From Candidatus Thorarchaeota archaeon (GTDB lineage Archaea; Asgardarchaeota; Thorarchaeia; Thorarchaeales; Thorarchaeaceae), in the NCBI GenBank assembly GCA_048882045.1, contig JBHLRZ010000002.1, forward strand, positions 1 to 64,000: a stretch of 64,000 nt of DNA. Direction: 5' to 3'. Position numbers and translations under genes: made by a program. Within the stretch, counting starts at the first letter, position 1. The number at the start of each line of letters is the position of its first letter. Shown here one piece after another: positions 9,370-18,123 of the stretch. The notes below the pieces were generated by a model. It ran no database searches, was not told the origin of the DNA, and was given only the letters and a program-made list of their open reading frames with translations.

Positions 9370-10359
9370 TCAGTCGCCACCCATGAGGGCTTTGAGTCGT
9401 TCCATCTCAGCCAACATTTCTGATTGGAGTGAACTCTTACCGCCAGCTGGCTTTGGAGTTGCAGCAGCTGGAGCTGTACCACCTGGAGGACCACCTAGAG
9501 CATCTCCACTTGGAGTTGCACCGCCTGGAGGAGCTCCACCCGGAGGACCGTCACTGGGAGCTTCACCACCTGGAGGAGCTCCACCCGGAGGACCGCCACT
9601 GGGAGCTCCACCGCCTGGAGGGCCACCTCCTGGGGGTCCGCCACCCGGAGGACCGCCACTTGGGGGACCACCACCTGGAGGGCCACCTCCTGGGGGTCCA
9701 GCACTTGGGGGGGCAGTATCTGAAGAAACGTCGCTTGGGGGAGCAGTTGTAACCTTGTCAGGCATCCCGACTCTTTCAGGTCCAGCAGCAGTTGTATCAT
9801 CTTCAACAGCAGTTCCAGACATTGCTGCGAGCTTTGCTAGGTAGTCAGATCGGGCTCTGTCAACAGCAGATGATGTGTCAACTATCTCTTTGAGCTGTTC
9901 ATCTTTTGCTAGAGCACCTTTGACTGTGGTTAGACGAGCTTGATAGGCTCCAGCAAGCTTGTCCTTTATTGACTCATCTATGTCACCCTGCTGGTGATAG
10001 TAATCAATTGCAGACAAGGCCTGTTGGATAGCATTCTCTTCAACTTTGAGAAAGACGAGTGCCTGTGCTGGGGTCTTGAGGAACTTCAGTTTCTTTGCAC
10101 CAGCCATTCCGACTGAGACATCACCAGTCGATGCAATGATCTTCCTAATCCCTTCACTCACATCGCCTCCAGATGCAACACGTCGTCCACGTACTACCAG
10201 TAGGACTATGATTAGAAACAATGGAGTAAATGCGATGATAACGAACCATGCTAGTGGTCCAAAAGGAATGCCCATTGGAATCAGGGCATCTGATAGTCCC
10301 TTGAATAGATTGTATATGAATCTCGTGAAATCTTGATAGATTGTTTGCAATTGGTTCAC
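9370..10359 (-). CDS. Membrane-anchored Pro/Gly-rich protein with C-terminal amphipathic helix
   Basis: N-terminal TM segment, helical middle, ~80-aa GGPPGGGPP low-complexity tract, C-terminal SSLQSEMLAEMERLKALM. Confidence 0.85.
   Translation of the reverse strand: MNQLQTIYQDFTRFIYNLFKGLSDALIPMGIPFGPLAWFVIIAFTPLFLIIVLLVVRGRRVASGGDVSEGIRKIIASTGDVSVGMAGAKKLKFLKTPAQALVFLKVEENAIQQALSAIDYYHQQGDIDESIKDKLAGAYQARLTTVKGALAKDEQLKEIVDTSSAVDRARSDYLAKLAAMSGTAVEDDTTAAGPERVGMPDKVTTAPPSDVSSDTAPPSAGPPGGGPPGGGPPSGGPPGGGPPGGGPPGGGAPSGGPPGGAPPGGEAPSDGPPGGAPPGGATPSGDALGGPPGGTAPAAATPKPAGGKSSLQSEMLAEMERLKALMGGD
9470..9712. repeat. GC-rich imperfect tandem repeats encoding (G)GPPGG units
   Basis: Recurrent CCTGGAGG/CCACCCGGAGGACCG units with ~15-nt period. 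Confidence 0.85.
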
Positions 10360-10472
10360 CTACTGGTACTAGTACGTCGTCCTGATGCGTCTCTGAGTCT
10401 TATTTTACTTTTCTAGTAAGGATTAGGGTTTGTAAGACACACATGTGACAAGGATTCATCACTTTTGGATGC

Positions 10473-10549
10473 GGTCCTTATCAGTTACTTGGACATAGGT
10501 ACTCATAAACATGTCCGTGACTGATGTAGTTTTCCAACTATTTTGGACC
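10473..10549 (+). ncRNA. Possible small structured RNA (three-way junction)
   Basis: GGTCC/GGACC closing stem; ATCAGTTAC/GTGACTGAT + GGACAT/ATGTCC hairpin; GTAGTT/AACTAT hairpin; T-tracts downstream. Confidence 0.35.
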
Positions 10550-10637
10550 TTTTGATAACGGTTTTTTGGCTATAGTCCAACACAATTTGTCTTAATTGGA
10601 TTCACATAAATTGTATCAGGTATCATGGTGATGTAGT

Positions 10638-11180
10638 ATGAGTCTTATAGACCCGTCAGTTGAGTATTATGTGATGCATGAGAAAGTGTGGAAATTTGGT
10701 GGTGGAGATATCTATAATCCTCAGGGTGAAAAGATTGGTTCAATGAGAAGAAAGCTCATTTCTATGAGAGCTGAGATTGAACTAAGGAATCCTGACGAAT
10801 CGATTATCTGCATCATTAACAAGAAGTTGATGAGTGCCAGACCAATCTATGATGTAAAGACTCCTGATGGCGTCTTGATTGGTCGCGGAAAAAGACCTAT
10901 GATTGCTTTTAGAGGAGCTATTGACATGTATGACCCCGAAGAGAGAATGATATACAAAGCTCAGGGTGGTGTCATGAAATGGAATTTCAGAATAACAGAT
11001 CCGACTGATAAAAACAAGATTTACGCAGTTATTGAGAAAAGCGATAAATTTAGGGATATTTTCGCACCAATGTTCAATTTCAAAGATAGATATGTAATTC
11101 ATATTGTTGATCCAATGGCACCTCGAATGATGCTACTTGCATATGCAATAATCATAGACAATGTGTATCACGATAAGTGA
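10638..11180 (+). CDS. LURP-one/scramblase (tubby C-terminal-like) family protein
   Basis: Repeated I.D.DG..IG...RK...R beta units; QGGVMKWNFRI; DRY.IHI; terminal LLAYAIIID helix. Confidence 0.8.
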   Translation: MSLIDPSVEYYVMHEKVWKFGGGDIYNPQGEKIGSMRRKLISMRAEIELRNPDESIICIINKKLMSARPIYDVKTPDGVLIGRGKRPMIAFRGAIDMYDPEERMIYKAQGGVMKWNFRITDPTDKNKIYAVIEKSDKFRDIFAPMFNFKDRYVIHIVDPMAPRMMLLAYAIIIDNVYHDK

Positions 11181-11234
11181 GCTAGGGCTACTGCGAAAAC
11201 TCTATAATATGTTCAAGGGTGTCGTGCAGTTCGT

Positions 11235-11310
11235 GCCCCAGTGGCTTAGTGGCTATAGCGGCTGACTTGTAATCAGCAGGTCGCGAGTTCAACTCTCGCC
11301 TGGGGCTCCA
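11235..11310 (+). tRNA. tRNA-Thr(TGT), no intron, CCA encoded
   Basis: GCCCCAG...GCTGA-CT-TGT-AA-TCAGC...GTTCAACTC...CTGGGGC-T-CCA. Confidence 0.97.
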
Positions 11311-11336
11311 TTAATTCTTAATACTGATATGATGTA

Positions 11337-11672
11337 TTACACGAAATACAGATGCCAGTATATAGCTTGCATCTCTAACCAATAGAGAAACAGTGACGTA
11401 ATCAGTCCCAAAACAATGACAAATTGGAAGAGTGCCTTTCTTGTTTTATGGCGGAAACCAAACATTCCAATGATTAGGCCAATCGCACCACCAATGAAGC
11501 CAAAGGCAAACAATGTGGCTTCACTGACTCTCCATCCATCATTTCTCGCTCTCCTCTTGTCCCACCACATAGTACTGAGTGCGAGAAAATTGATTAAGAC
11601 TAGATATCCGGCAAAAATCCAAACTGTTGGGGGAAGGCTTAGCCAGATAATGAGTTCTTGTAGAAGCTGCAT
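11337..11672 (-). CDS. DUF1294 family membrane protein
   Basis: WWDKRRA....WRVSEATL.....GG..G.......FRHKTRK. Confidence 0.9.
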   Translation of the reverse strand: MQLLQELIIWLSLPPTVWIFAGYLVLINFLALSTMWWDKRRARNDGWRVSEATLFAFGFIGGAIGLIIGMFGFRHKTRKALFQFVIVLGLITSLFLYWLEMQAIYWHLYFV

Positions 11673-11673
11673 T

Positions 11674-12885
11674 CTATGTATCCATCCTCTGAGCTGCAGC
11701 CTCTAGAGCCAATACAAGATCTAGCTTCTTGCCTGTCAGGAAATTGATTGTTGCTCCCCCGCCAGTGCTGATGTGCGAAATACGATTATCTAGTGTCAGC
11801 TTCTTGGCCATTGCACCCATATGTCCGCCACCGACGACGGTTATTCCTTTGCAGTCTGCAATTGCATTCAGGACATCGATTGTTCCCTTGGCAAAGATTT
11901 CTTTCTCAAAGTAGCCCATGGGACCATTTGCGAAAACAACAGCAGACTCCTTGATTAGTTGTGTGAACTTCTCCACTGTCTTCAGACCAATATCCAAGAA
12001 AACATCGTTGTTCATCTCGGCAAATTCACAGTCATGTCGTTCACTATCTCTTTCGACTGCTGCATCCTCTGGAAGAACTATCACATCGGAATATTTCTCT
12101 AATAGTCTTCGTGCTGTTTCTATTGCTGACTCAAAGCCCTTGATTGGTTTCGAATAGTCTTCTGACACTTTCTCTGCTGCAATAAGAAAAAGTGTGCCTA
12201 CAAGTCCTCCGAGCAGTGCGTGATCTACTCTGTCTGTAGATAAGAGCCTATCAAGGGTCGTCACTTTGTCTTCTACTTTGCTTCCACCTAGAACAAGTGT
12301 CCAAGGATGTTGATCAGTGGCTGTTGCTGATGTTAAAGTTCGAATCTCTTTTTCAACGAGTCTACCGGCAACAGAAGGTAATACTGTTGTGAATCCTACT
12401 AGTGATGCTTGAGAACGATGCGCTGCTCCAAATGCATCGTTTACAAAGAAATCGAAGAGAGGATAGAGCTCTTGGACTAGTGCCTCTTGAGCCACCTCTT
12501 CAGCGGGCGCTTTCTTCAGTTCCCCATCAAAATAACGGACATTTTGTAGAACCAGAATCTCGCCATCTTTCACCTGAGCAATTGCGTCTTTTGCCTTCTG
12601 TCCAAAGATGTCATCCACAAAACTAGCATTGAACCCGAGATTCCTCAAAGCCTCTGTATGTTGTTCTAGAGAGATAAAATCGTCACTTCCAGGTCGACCT
12701 TGATGAGCCATTAACACTACCTTGCAAGTAGACAGTTCTTGTAGCGTTGGCTGTATAGCCTCAATACGTGATATGTCTGTAATCCGTTTAGTTTCAGGGT
12801 CCACAGAGCAGTTTATGTCTACTCGAATCAGTACCCGTTTTCCAGCATAGTCAATATCATCAAGTGTCTTGAATGTGAGACTCAT
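11674..12885 (-). CDS. pgk: Phosphoglycerate kinase
   Basis: GKRVLIRVDIN, AHQGRPG, NDAFGAAHR, LGGSKVEDK, NGPMGYFE, HISTGGGA. Confidence 0.97.
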   Translation of the reverse strand: MSLTFKTLDDIDYAGKRVLIRVDINCSVDPETKRITDISRIEAIQPTLQELSTCKVVLMAHQGRPGSDDFISLEQHTEALRNLGFNASFVDDIFGQKAKDAIAQVKDGEILVLQNVRYFDGELKKAPAEEVAQEALVQELYPLFDFFVNDAFGAAHRSQASLVGFTTVLPSVAGRLVEKEIRTLTSATATDQHPWTLVLGGSKVEDKVTTLDRLLSTDRVDHALLGGLVGTLFLIAAEKVSEDYSKPIKGFESAIETARRLLEKYSDVIVLPEDAAVERDSERHDCEFAEMNNDVFLDIGLKTVEKFTQLIKESAVVFANGPMGYFEKEIFAKGTIDVLNAIADCKGITVVGGGHMGAMAKKLTLDNRISHISTGGGATINFLTGKKLDLVLALEAAAQRMDT

Positions 12886-12937
12886 TCTCCATCTCCATTC
12901 TTGACAGAACGTGATTCCAATAAAGAGGTTACCGAAT

Positions 12938-13252
12938 TCACCATTCTCCGGAAACTATGGCCTCTGCAAGGGATTCCATCATGGGTCCTTTTGGATAACG
13001 AACAGGCATGAAATACCTAGTGCCATCCTTTATTGTGATTCTTAGCTCTTCATCTGCACAGACTTTGAGCAATGCTTTGACAGCCTCGAGAGTCCATCCC
13101 GTGACATCGACAACACCAGAGAATATTGAGGAGTGTAAAAGCTTCTCAAACTGGCTTCGGTTGACCTTTGAGATTATACGACCCAATGTCTGTACTCTGA
13201 TCAATCTATCATCGAAATCAGTGAAATCTGTAATGTGTGGGTCGAGGCTCAT
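12938..13252 (-). CDS. Hypothetical protein
   Basis: ATG-initiated 104-aa ORF filling the gap between co-oriented genes. Confidence 0.65.
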   Translation of the reverse strand: MSLDPHITDFTDFDDRLIRVQTLGRIISKVNRSQFEKLLHSSIFSGVVDVTGWTLEAVKALLKVCADEELRITIKDGTRYFMPVRYPKGPMMESLAEAIVSGEW

Positions 13253-13294
13253 ATTCCCATGTCAGTATGGTTGCTATTAAGCACCAATAGAGTG

Positions 13295-13507
13295 TCACAC
13301 AATACTGTAGAACTTGGAGGTACATTCGATTTCTGGATCTTTTGGTCTGTAATACACTAGCCACTGGGCATCATCTGTCTTTGATAGGAATACTCGATTC
13401 TCTTCTTTGAGCTCTCTTGCCCTATTTGCCGCGTCAGTAATGTTGTCAAAGACTTGTGCGAGTCTATAGACACGACCTCCTACCAATTTCCATTTCTCTA
13501 TCTTCAT
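13295..13507 (-). CDS. Small hypothetical protein, paralog of 9068..9271
   Basis: Full-length similarity to 9068..9271; similar CCTAATAA upstream box. Confidence 0.75.
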   Translation of the reverse strand: MKIEKWKLVGGRVYRLAQVFDNITDAANRARELKEENRVFLSKTDDAQWLVYYRPKDPEIECTSKFYSIV

Positions 13508-13558
13508 GATGTTCAGTACTGACTATTCCTAATAACCCCGTCATAGTAGAACTTCAAG

Positions 13559-13729
13559 TGGTGCCGCAGGAGGGACAGTCGTCCCATCTCGGAATGTGAT
13601 GAGATTTCGAGCCCTCGACTTCGAGATGCCTCATCTGAGGTCGGGCCGAGATTATGACCCCGTAATTTTGACTGGGAACTCCAGTCAGATTATGAGTCTC
13701 GCGCCCTAACCAGGCTAGGCCACTGCGGC
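13559..13729 (-). tRNA. tRNA-Met(CAT), elongator type, with two introns (37/38: 13628-13690, 63 nt; 59/60: 13576-13605, 30 nt)
   Basis: BHB1 CTCA/TGAG with TAA and GCA bulges; BHB2 GAGGG-CTCG-[AAA]-TCTCATC / GATGGGA-CGAC-[TGT]-CCCTC; spliced cloverleaf has G1-C72 and CCA. Confidence 0.9.
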
Positions 13730-13800
13730 ATGAGTTATGCTCGAATTGAAGTCTGGCAACGGAGGCTCACTGACTACCTCTAATTAACCTTGTCCTTAAT

Positions 13801-15717
13801 TTATGGATTGAGAACTTTCTGAATCTCTTTTCTGAGTAGTTCATTGACCATTTTACCATCGGCCTTTCCGCGAAGTTCCTTCATTGCAGCACCCATGAGA
13901 GCACCTATTGAACGGTCACCCTGTTTTTGAATGAAGTCTTCACGATCCTTGACCAATCTTTTGATTATCCTCTCAACTTCAGCAGTACTTGCCATTCCTA
14001 GACCAGTGGCTTCAATTGCTGTTCGGACATCTGATTTTGGATTATTAGCCAAGTATGTAAGTACTTCTGGAATAGCTTCTGAAGAAATCTGGTTTTGAGA
14101 TATTGACTGGAACAACTCAAGAAAATGTTGATCCATGAGATTATCAGTCGGAACACGGTTTCTATAGAGGCTAACAATCGTATTCTCCAATGTAGCTGCA
14201 ACTAGTGTTGGAGATACATCAATTTCTTCAACAATCTGTTCGAAAAGATTGAGATTCACAGAGCGTGTTATTTGATAGGAGAGATCACTACTCAGCCCAT
14301 AGTCTTTAACGAACCGCTTTTCCCGTTCATCGATTGTGTCAGGCATGTTTTTCTTAATCGTCTTTAGTCGAGATGCAGTAATTTGGACCGGTCTCACATC
14401 AGTTTCAGGATACATTCGTGACGAGCCAGGTCGAGGCCGTGCATACTTCGATGTACCGTTTGGTAGAGGTGTTCTGGTTTCAGCAGGGACTCCTTTCACA
14501 GCTTCTTTTGCTCGATCAACCACTGCAATGAGTGCATCTCTACATTGTTCTTTGGGAGCTGCTACAAGAACAACAGCGTCTTGCTCTCCTGCCTGTACCG
14601 ATTTGCGGAGCTTTGAAACATCTGTATCGGTTATTCCATACTTGGGAAGTTCGTCAGTATGGAAGATACCACCAACGTCACCCCAGAATTTTGCATAATC
14701 AGAGAATTCGGTTCCGAGTCGACGCTCGGGTTGTATCTCCCTTCCAATGAGCCCTGCAAACCCTGGTAGTTTGACCGCATGAACAGAACCTCCTGATTTT
14801 ACAGCATTTTTGATGACTTTGGACTCGCTTTTTGTGAAGATATCTGTAATATCTACAATCTCCTTCTTGATGTCATTCGGTTTGATCCCACGAGTCTTCA
14901 GTTCATCCCGAATTTCGAGCAGGGTTGCTTGTCTTTGTGCTTCGAATTCTACTAACTCGGACAACATGTCAAGCTGTTGGAATCCCTTGATTTCGATGAT
15001 TGCACCATCCTTGATTGATACGTTGACATCCTGACGGATTGTACCCAGTCCACGCTTGACTCGACCCGTAGATCGAAGCAGCAGACCAATAGCAAGGGCA
15101 ACTTCTTGTGCTTCATCAGGTGTGCGTATGTCTGGATCAGTTGCTACTTCAATCAGGGGAATTCCGAGACGATCGAGTCTGTATATTCTCATGTTGTTCT
15201 TGTCGTCATCAGCAATCTTCCTTGCAGCATCCTCTTCGAGACAAATAGTCTGAATTCCTATCGTTTTAGTACCAACAACAACATCTCCACCATTCGCTAT
15301 GATGCATGTGCGTTGAAATCCAGTTGTGTTTGATCCATCTATCACAATCTTTCTCATAGGGTGGATTTCATCAACGGGTTTTGAGTTGACAAACATAGCT
15401 GTAGTCAGGCAGATGTCAATGGCTTCATCGCACAAATCATGTGGTGGCTCTTCATCCGCTTCTACCAGACATGTAGTGTCATTGTAATACTCGTAACAGA
15501 ATCGTTTCTGTTTCTGAAACTCAAACAATGCAGCAGGATCTATTTCTCCCATTTCACTCTGGGTTGGGCGTAGTCTTCTGATGAAATTACCATCAGGTTC
15601 ATCATCACGAACAATAGTGTCACAATGACAGAACAGTTTTCGTTCAGTGTCTAGCTGTTGGTGGAGTTCGAGACCAACCATGAGACCTAGTTCTTCATAT
15701 TTGCCCTCCTTGGCCAG
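13801..15717 (-). CDS. gatE: Glu-tRNA(Gln) amidotransferase subunit E
   Basis: YEELGLMVGLELHQQL, KLFC, MRKIVIDGSNTTGFQRT, RLDRLGIPLIE, RMYPETD; CTG start inferred. Confidence 0.97.
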   Translation of the reverse strand: MAKEGKYEELGLMVGLELHQQLDTERKLFCHCDTIVRDDEPDGNFIRRLRPTQSEMGEIDPAALFEFQKQKRFCYEYYNDTTCLVEADEEPPHDLCDEAIDICLTTAMFVNSKPVDEIHPMRKIVIDGSNTTGFQRTCIIANGGDVVVGTKTIGIQTICLEEDAARKIADDDKNNMRIYRLDRLGIPLIEVATDPDIRTPDEAQEVALAIGLLLRSTGRVKRGLGTIRQDVNVSIKDGAIIEIKGFQQLDMLSELVEFEAQRQATLLEIRDELKTRGIKPNDIKKEIVDITDIFTKSESKVIKNAVKSGGSVHAVKLPGFAGLIGREIQPERRLGTEFSDYAKFWGDVGGIFHTDELPKYGITDTDVSKLRKSVQAGEQDAVVLVAAPKEQCRDALIAVVDRAKEAVKGVPAETRTPLPNGTSKYARPRPGSSRMYPETDVRPVQITASRLKTIKKNMPDTIDEREKRFVKDYGLSSDLSYQITRSVNLNLFEQIVEEIDVSPTLVAATLENTIVSLYRNRVPTDNLMDQHFLELFQSISQNQISSEAIPEVLTYLANNPKSDVRTAIEATGLGMASTAEVERIIKRLVKDREDFIQKQGDRSIGALMGAAMKELRGKADGKMVNELLRKEIQKVLNP

Positions 15718-15718
15718 T

Positions 15719-17068
15719 TCAGTTCCCTCCAATGTTTGATTTGTATTCAGCAGCCTCGCTGCGCATGTCAATTTCACCAGCAATGGGTTTCAACAGTATT
15801 TCTTTCGCGGCCTCAGCAGTCCTACTGTTGCCTAATGCCCACATGAGCTTAACCAGAGCTGTTTCAGGCAACATGTCCTCACAGCAAACAACTCCAATAT
15901 CGAGAAGTACAACACCTGAACGATAGACGTTCATATCTGTACGACCAAAAAGGCACTGACTAGTCATACCAACGACGAGACCTTCATCAATTGCTCTTCT
16001 GATTGCAGGTTGTAATCTATCTGGAGCATGTCCAAGGCCGGTTCCTTCAATTATTATTCCACGGTACCCAGTATCTGTGAGATGATCAATCTGTGCTCCT
16101 TCTACTCCAGGACTGGTCTTAAGAAGTGCTACTTTCTCCTCGAATTTTGGTTTTAAAATCAGTTTGCGGTCCTTGTTTCTACGTAGTAATGGAGCCCTAA
16201 GTTCTTCAACTTCAGTTTCAACCACCTTGAAAATGGGATATTCGTTGACCGATTGAAAAGCATCACGACGGCTTGTGTGAAACTTCCGTACTCTTGTACC
16301 CCTGTGTGCATGTAGATAACTATCTCCAGTTTCAGCATGCATCTGAACAAATACCTCAGCGGCATCAGCCTTTGTCGCCAAGTTTATGGCGCCTATGAGG
16401 TTCATTGCAGCATCTGATGATGGTCTGTCTGAGGATCTCTGTGAACCTACGAGAACGACAGGAACTGGGAGATTTTGAAGCGCAAAAGAAAGTGCTGCGG
16501 ATGTTACTGCAAGTGTGTCTGTACCGTGTGCAATCACAACACCGTCGGTTTCATTCTTAATTTCTGAAGCTACACTCTTTGCGATTTTCGACCAATCTGG
16601 GGGTCTAATGTTCTCAGAGAGCACGCTCATTATAACTTTAGCACGGACATTGGCATGATTCTTGAGTTCTGGAACAGTGTCATAGAGATCTTGAGCAGTA
16701 AGAGCGGGATTGACAGCTCCAGTCCGATAGTCGACCTTACTAGCAATGGTACCACCTGTGCTCAAGATTGATGCAGTTGGTAGGTCCTTATTCATAGATT
16801 CAGATTCTGATTGAGCAGCTGGCTTTTTCTTTCCAGCTTTGATCTTGTGGATTTTGGCGTCTTGATTTAGCCGGATTCCAATGTTGTAACCACTCTCCAG
16901 TTTGATAATGACATGAAAAGTGTCACTCCCAACCTGGCTTCTGGGCATGAGCACTCCAACTTGCTCCTCTCCATTCTGTGTGATACTGATTATATCACCT
17001 ATTTTGACATTGGAACTGGAGAGCTTTTCTAGAGCCAGACCACTATAACCTGATTCATCTAGACCCAT
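15719..17068 (-). CDS. gatD: Glu-tRNA(Gln) amidotransferase subunit D
   Basis: KLESGYNIG, STGGTIASKVDYRTG, HGTDT, GSQRSSDRPSSD, GTGLGH, DMLPETALVKL. Confidence 0.97.
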   Translation of the reverse strand: MGLDESGYSGLALEKLSSSNVKIGDIISITQNGEEQVGVLMPRSQVGSDTFHVIIKLESGYNIGIRLNQDAKIHKIKAGKKKPAAQSESESMNKDLPTASILSTGGTIASKVDYRTGAVNPALTAQDLYDTVPELKNHANVRAKVIMSVLSENIRPPDWSKIAKSVASEIKNETDGVVIAHGTDTLAVTSAALSFALQNLPVPVVLVGSQRSSDRPSSDAAMNLIGAINLATKADAAEVFVQMHAETGDSYLHAHRGTRVRKFHTSRRDAFQSVNEYPIFKVVETEVEELRAPLLRRNKDRKLILKPKFEEKVALLKTSPGVEGAQIDHLTDTGYRGIIIEGTGLGHAPDRLQPAIRRAIDEGLVVGMTSQCLFGRTDMNVYRSGVVLLDIGVVCCEDMLPETALVKLMWALGNSRTAEAAKEILLKPIAGEIDMRSEAAEYKSNIGGN

Positions 17069-17130
17069 TGTTCATCCTCACCGTCAAGTTCGAACTTCAC
17101 GATGATATCAGAGTCATAAAGCCTTCGTCA

Positions 17131-17694
17131 TTATAGAATACCCAATACTACGAGGACACCAAACAAGATGAAGACGAGTCCTACTACTTTCTTCACAGTC
17201 TGAATTGGAATTTTTGCAGCCACACGGTTTCCAGCCCATGCACCTATAGTATTTACAATGAGGAACCCGATTATCGATCCAACGAAGACAATGATTGCAA
17301 ATGGGCTTTGGGTTGCTAGTGCAAGAATAGTAATTTGACTCTTATCTCCCAATTCGGACATCAATACAAGTGAAAACATTCCAAATAAGGTTCCAGGATT
17401 ATCACATGTGTCTGGAATCTCTGAATTTGATGTAGCTAGGGTATAGATTCCTAGTACAATGAAAAGAACAGCCGAAATGTATGTTATTAGTTCGATTGGG
17501 AGGGTAGTTGAAAGAATATAACCAATAATGACTGCAATCAATGATGAAGTAGCAAGTGCAATCATTGTAGCGAGAAGTACTAACCAAGGCCGTCTGTATT
17601 GTGCGCTCAAACACATTGTTGTTAGCATGGTTTTGTCCCCAAGCTCCATCAATAGGACTAGACCAACCGACGACACCAAGGTTTCTATGGGCAT
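17131..17694 (-). CDS. TMEM165/GDT1 (UPF0016) family Ca2+/Mn2+ transporter
   Basis: Two ELGDK(T/S) motifs, 6 TM segments. Confidence 0.92.
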   Translation of the reverse strand: MPIETLVSSVGLVLLMELGDKTMLTTMCLSAQYRRPWLVLLATMIALATSSLIAVIIGYILSTTLPIELITYISAVLFIVLGIYTLATSNSEIPDTCDNPGTLFGMFSLVLMSELGDKSQITILALATQSPFAIIVFVGSIIGFLIVNTIGAWAGNRVAAKIPIQTVKKVVGLVFILFGVLVVLGIL

Positions 17695-17750
17695 GATACT
17701 GGATTTCCTGTTGAGTTTGTTTTAGAAGTTTTCATGTGTTTAAGAAAAAC

Positions 17751-17872
17751 TGGTGCGGGAGGTGGGGTTCGAACCCACGAACTCCTACGAGAGTGGATAT
17801 CTTATCCACTTGACCCCGTGTCTTGGTGCGATCTTAAGTCCACCGCCTTTGACCTGGCTTGGCTACTCCCGC
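17751..17872 (-). tRNA. tRNA-Leu(TAA) with 34-nt canonical intron (17799-17832)
   Basis: GTGGA-CT-TAA-G[intron]A-TCCAC; BHB CTTA/TAAG; long variable arm; CCA. Confidence 0.95.
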
Positions 17873-17976
17873 TTGCCTAGTCAGACGAGAACAATTCCAC
17901 TCTTTTTCTAGGAACTCACCGCATTTTTCTTTGCTAGTGTTCCGACTCTTCAACTCTTTGGTATTGAGGTGAAAAG

Positions 17977-18086
17977 TGGTGGGCCGCGCCGGATTTGAAC
18001 CAGCGACCTTCGATACCAATAAGCGCGGGGCTCGATTGGATTCTCGGTGTAAACGAGACATCATAGCCGGGCTAGACTAGCGGCCC
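17977..18086 (-). tRNA. tRNA-Val(TAC) with ~32-nt intron at the anticodon-stem/variable-loop junction (~44/45; ~18009-18040)
   Basis: TCTCG-TT-TAC-AC-CGAGA, then a 32-nt insert with CCAAT/ATTGG hairpin, then AGGTC-GCTGG-TTCAAAT; relaxed BHB, junction ambiguous by a few nt. Confidence 0.9.
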
Positions 18087-18123
18087 TAAACAAGTGGCTT
18101 TGGACATTCAAATAAAAAGTTGC

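Noticed and set aside
9356-9844. Alternative-frame ORFs over the Pro/Gly tract (incl. His/Leu/Glu-rich frame)
   Set aside because: Shadow frames of a GC-rich repeat lacking stops
11334-11349. GTATTAC-AC-GAAATAC outside the main heptad field (also single heptads at ~12378, 13349, ~15484)
   Set aside because: Isolated copies at about chance frequency; not counted as part of the system
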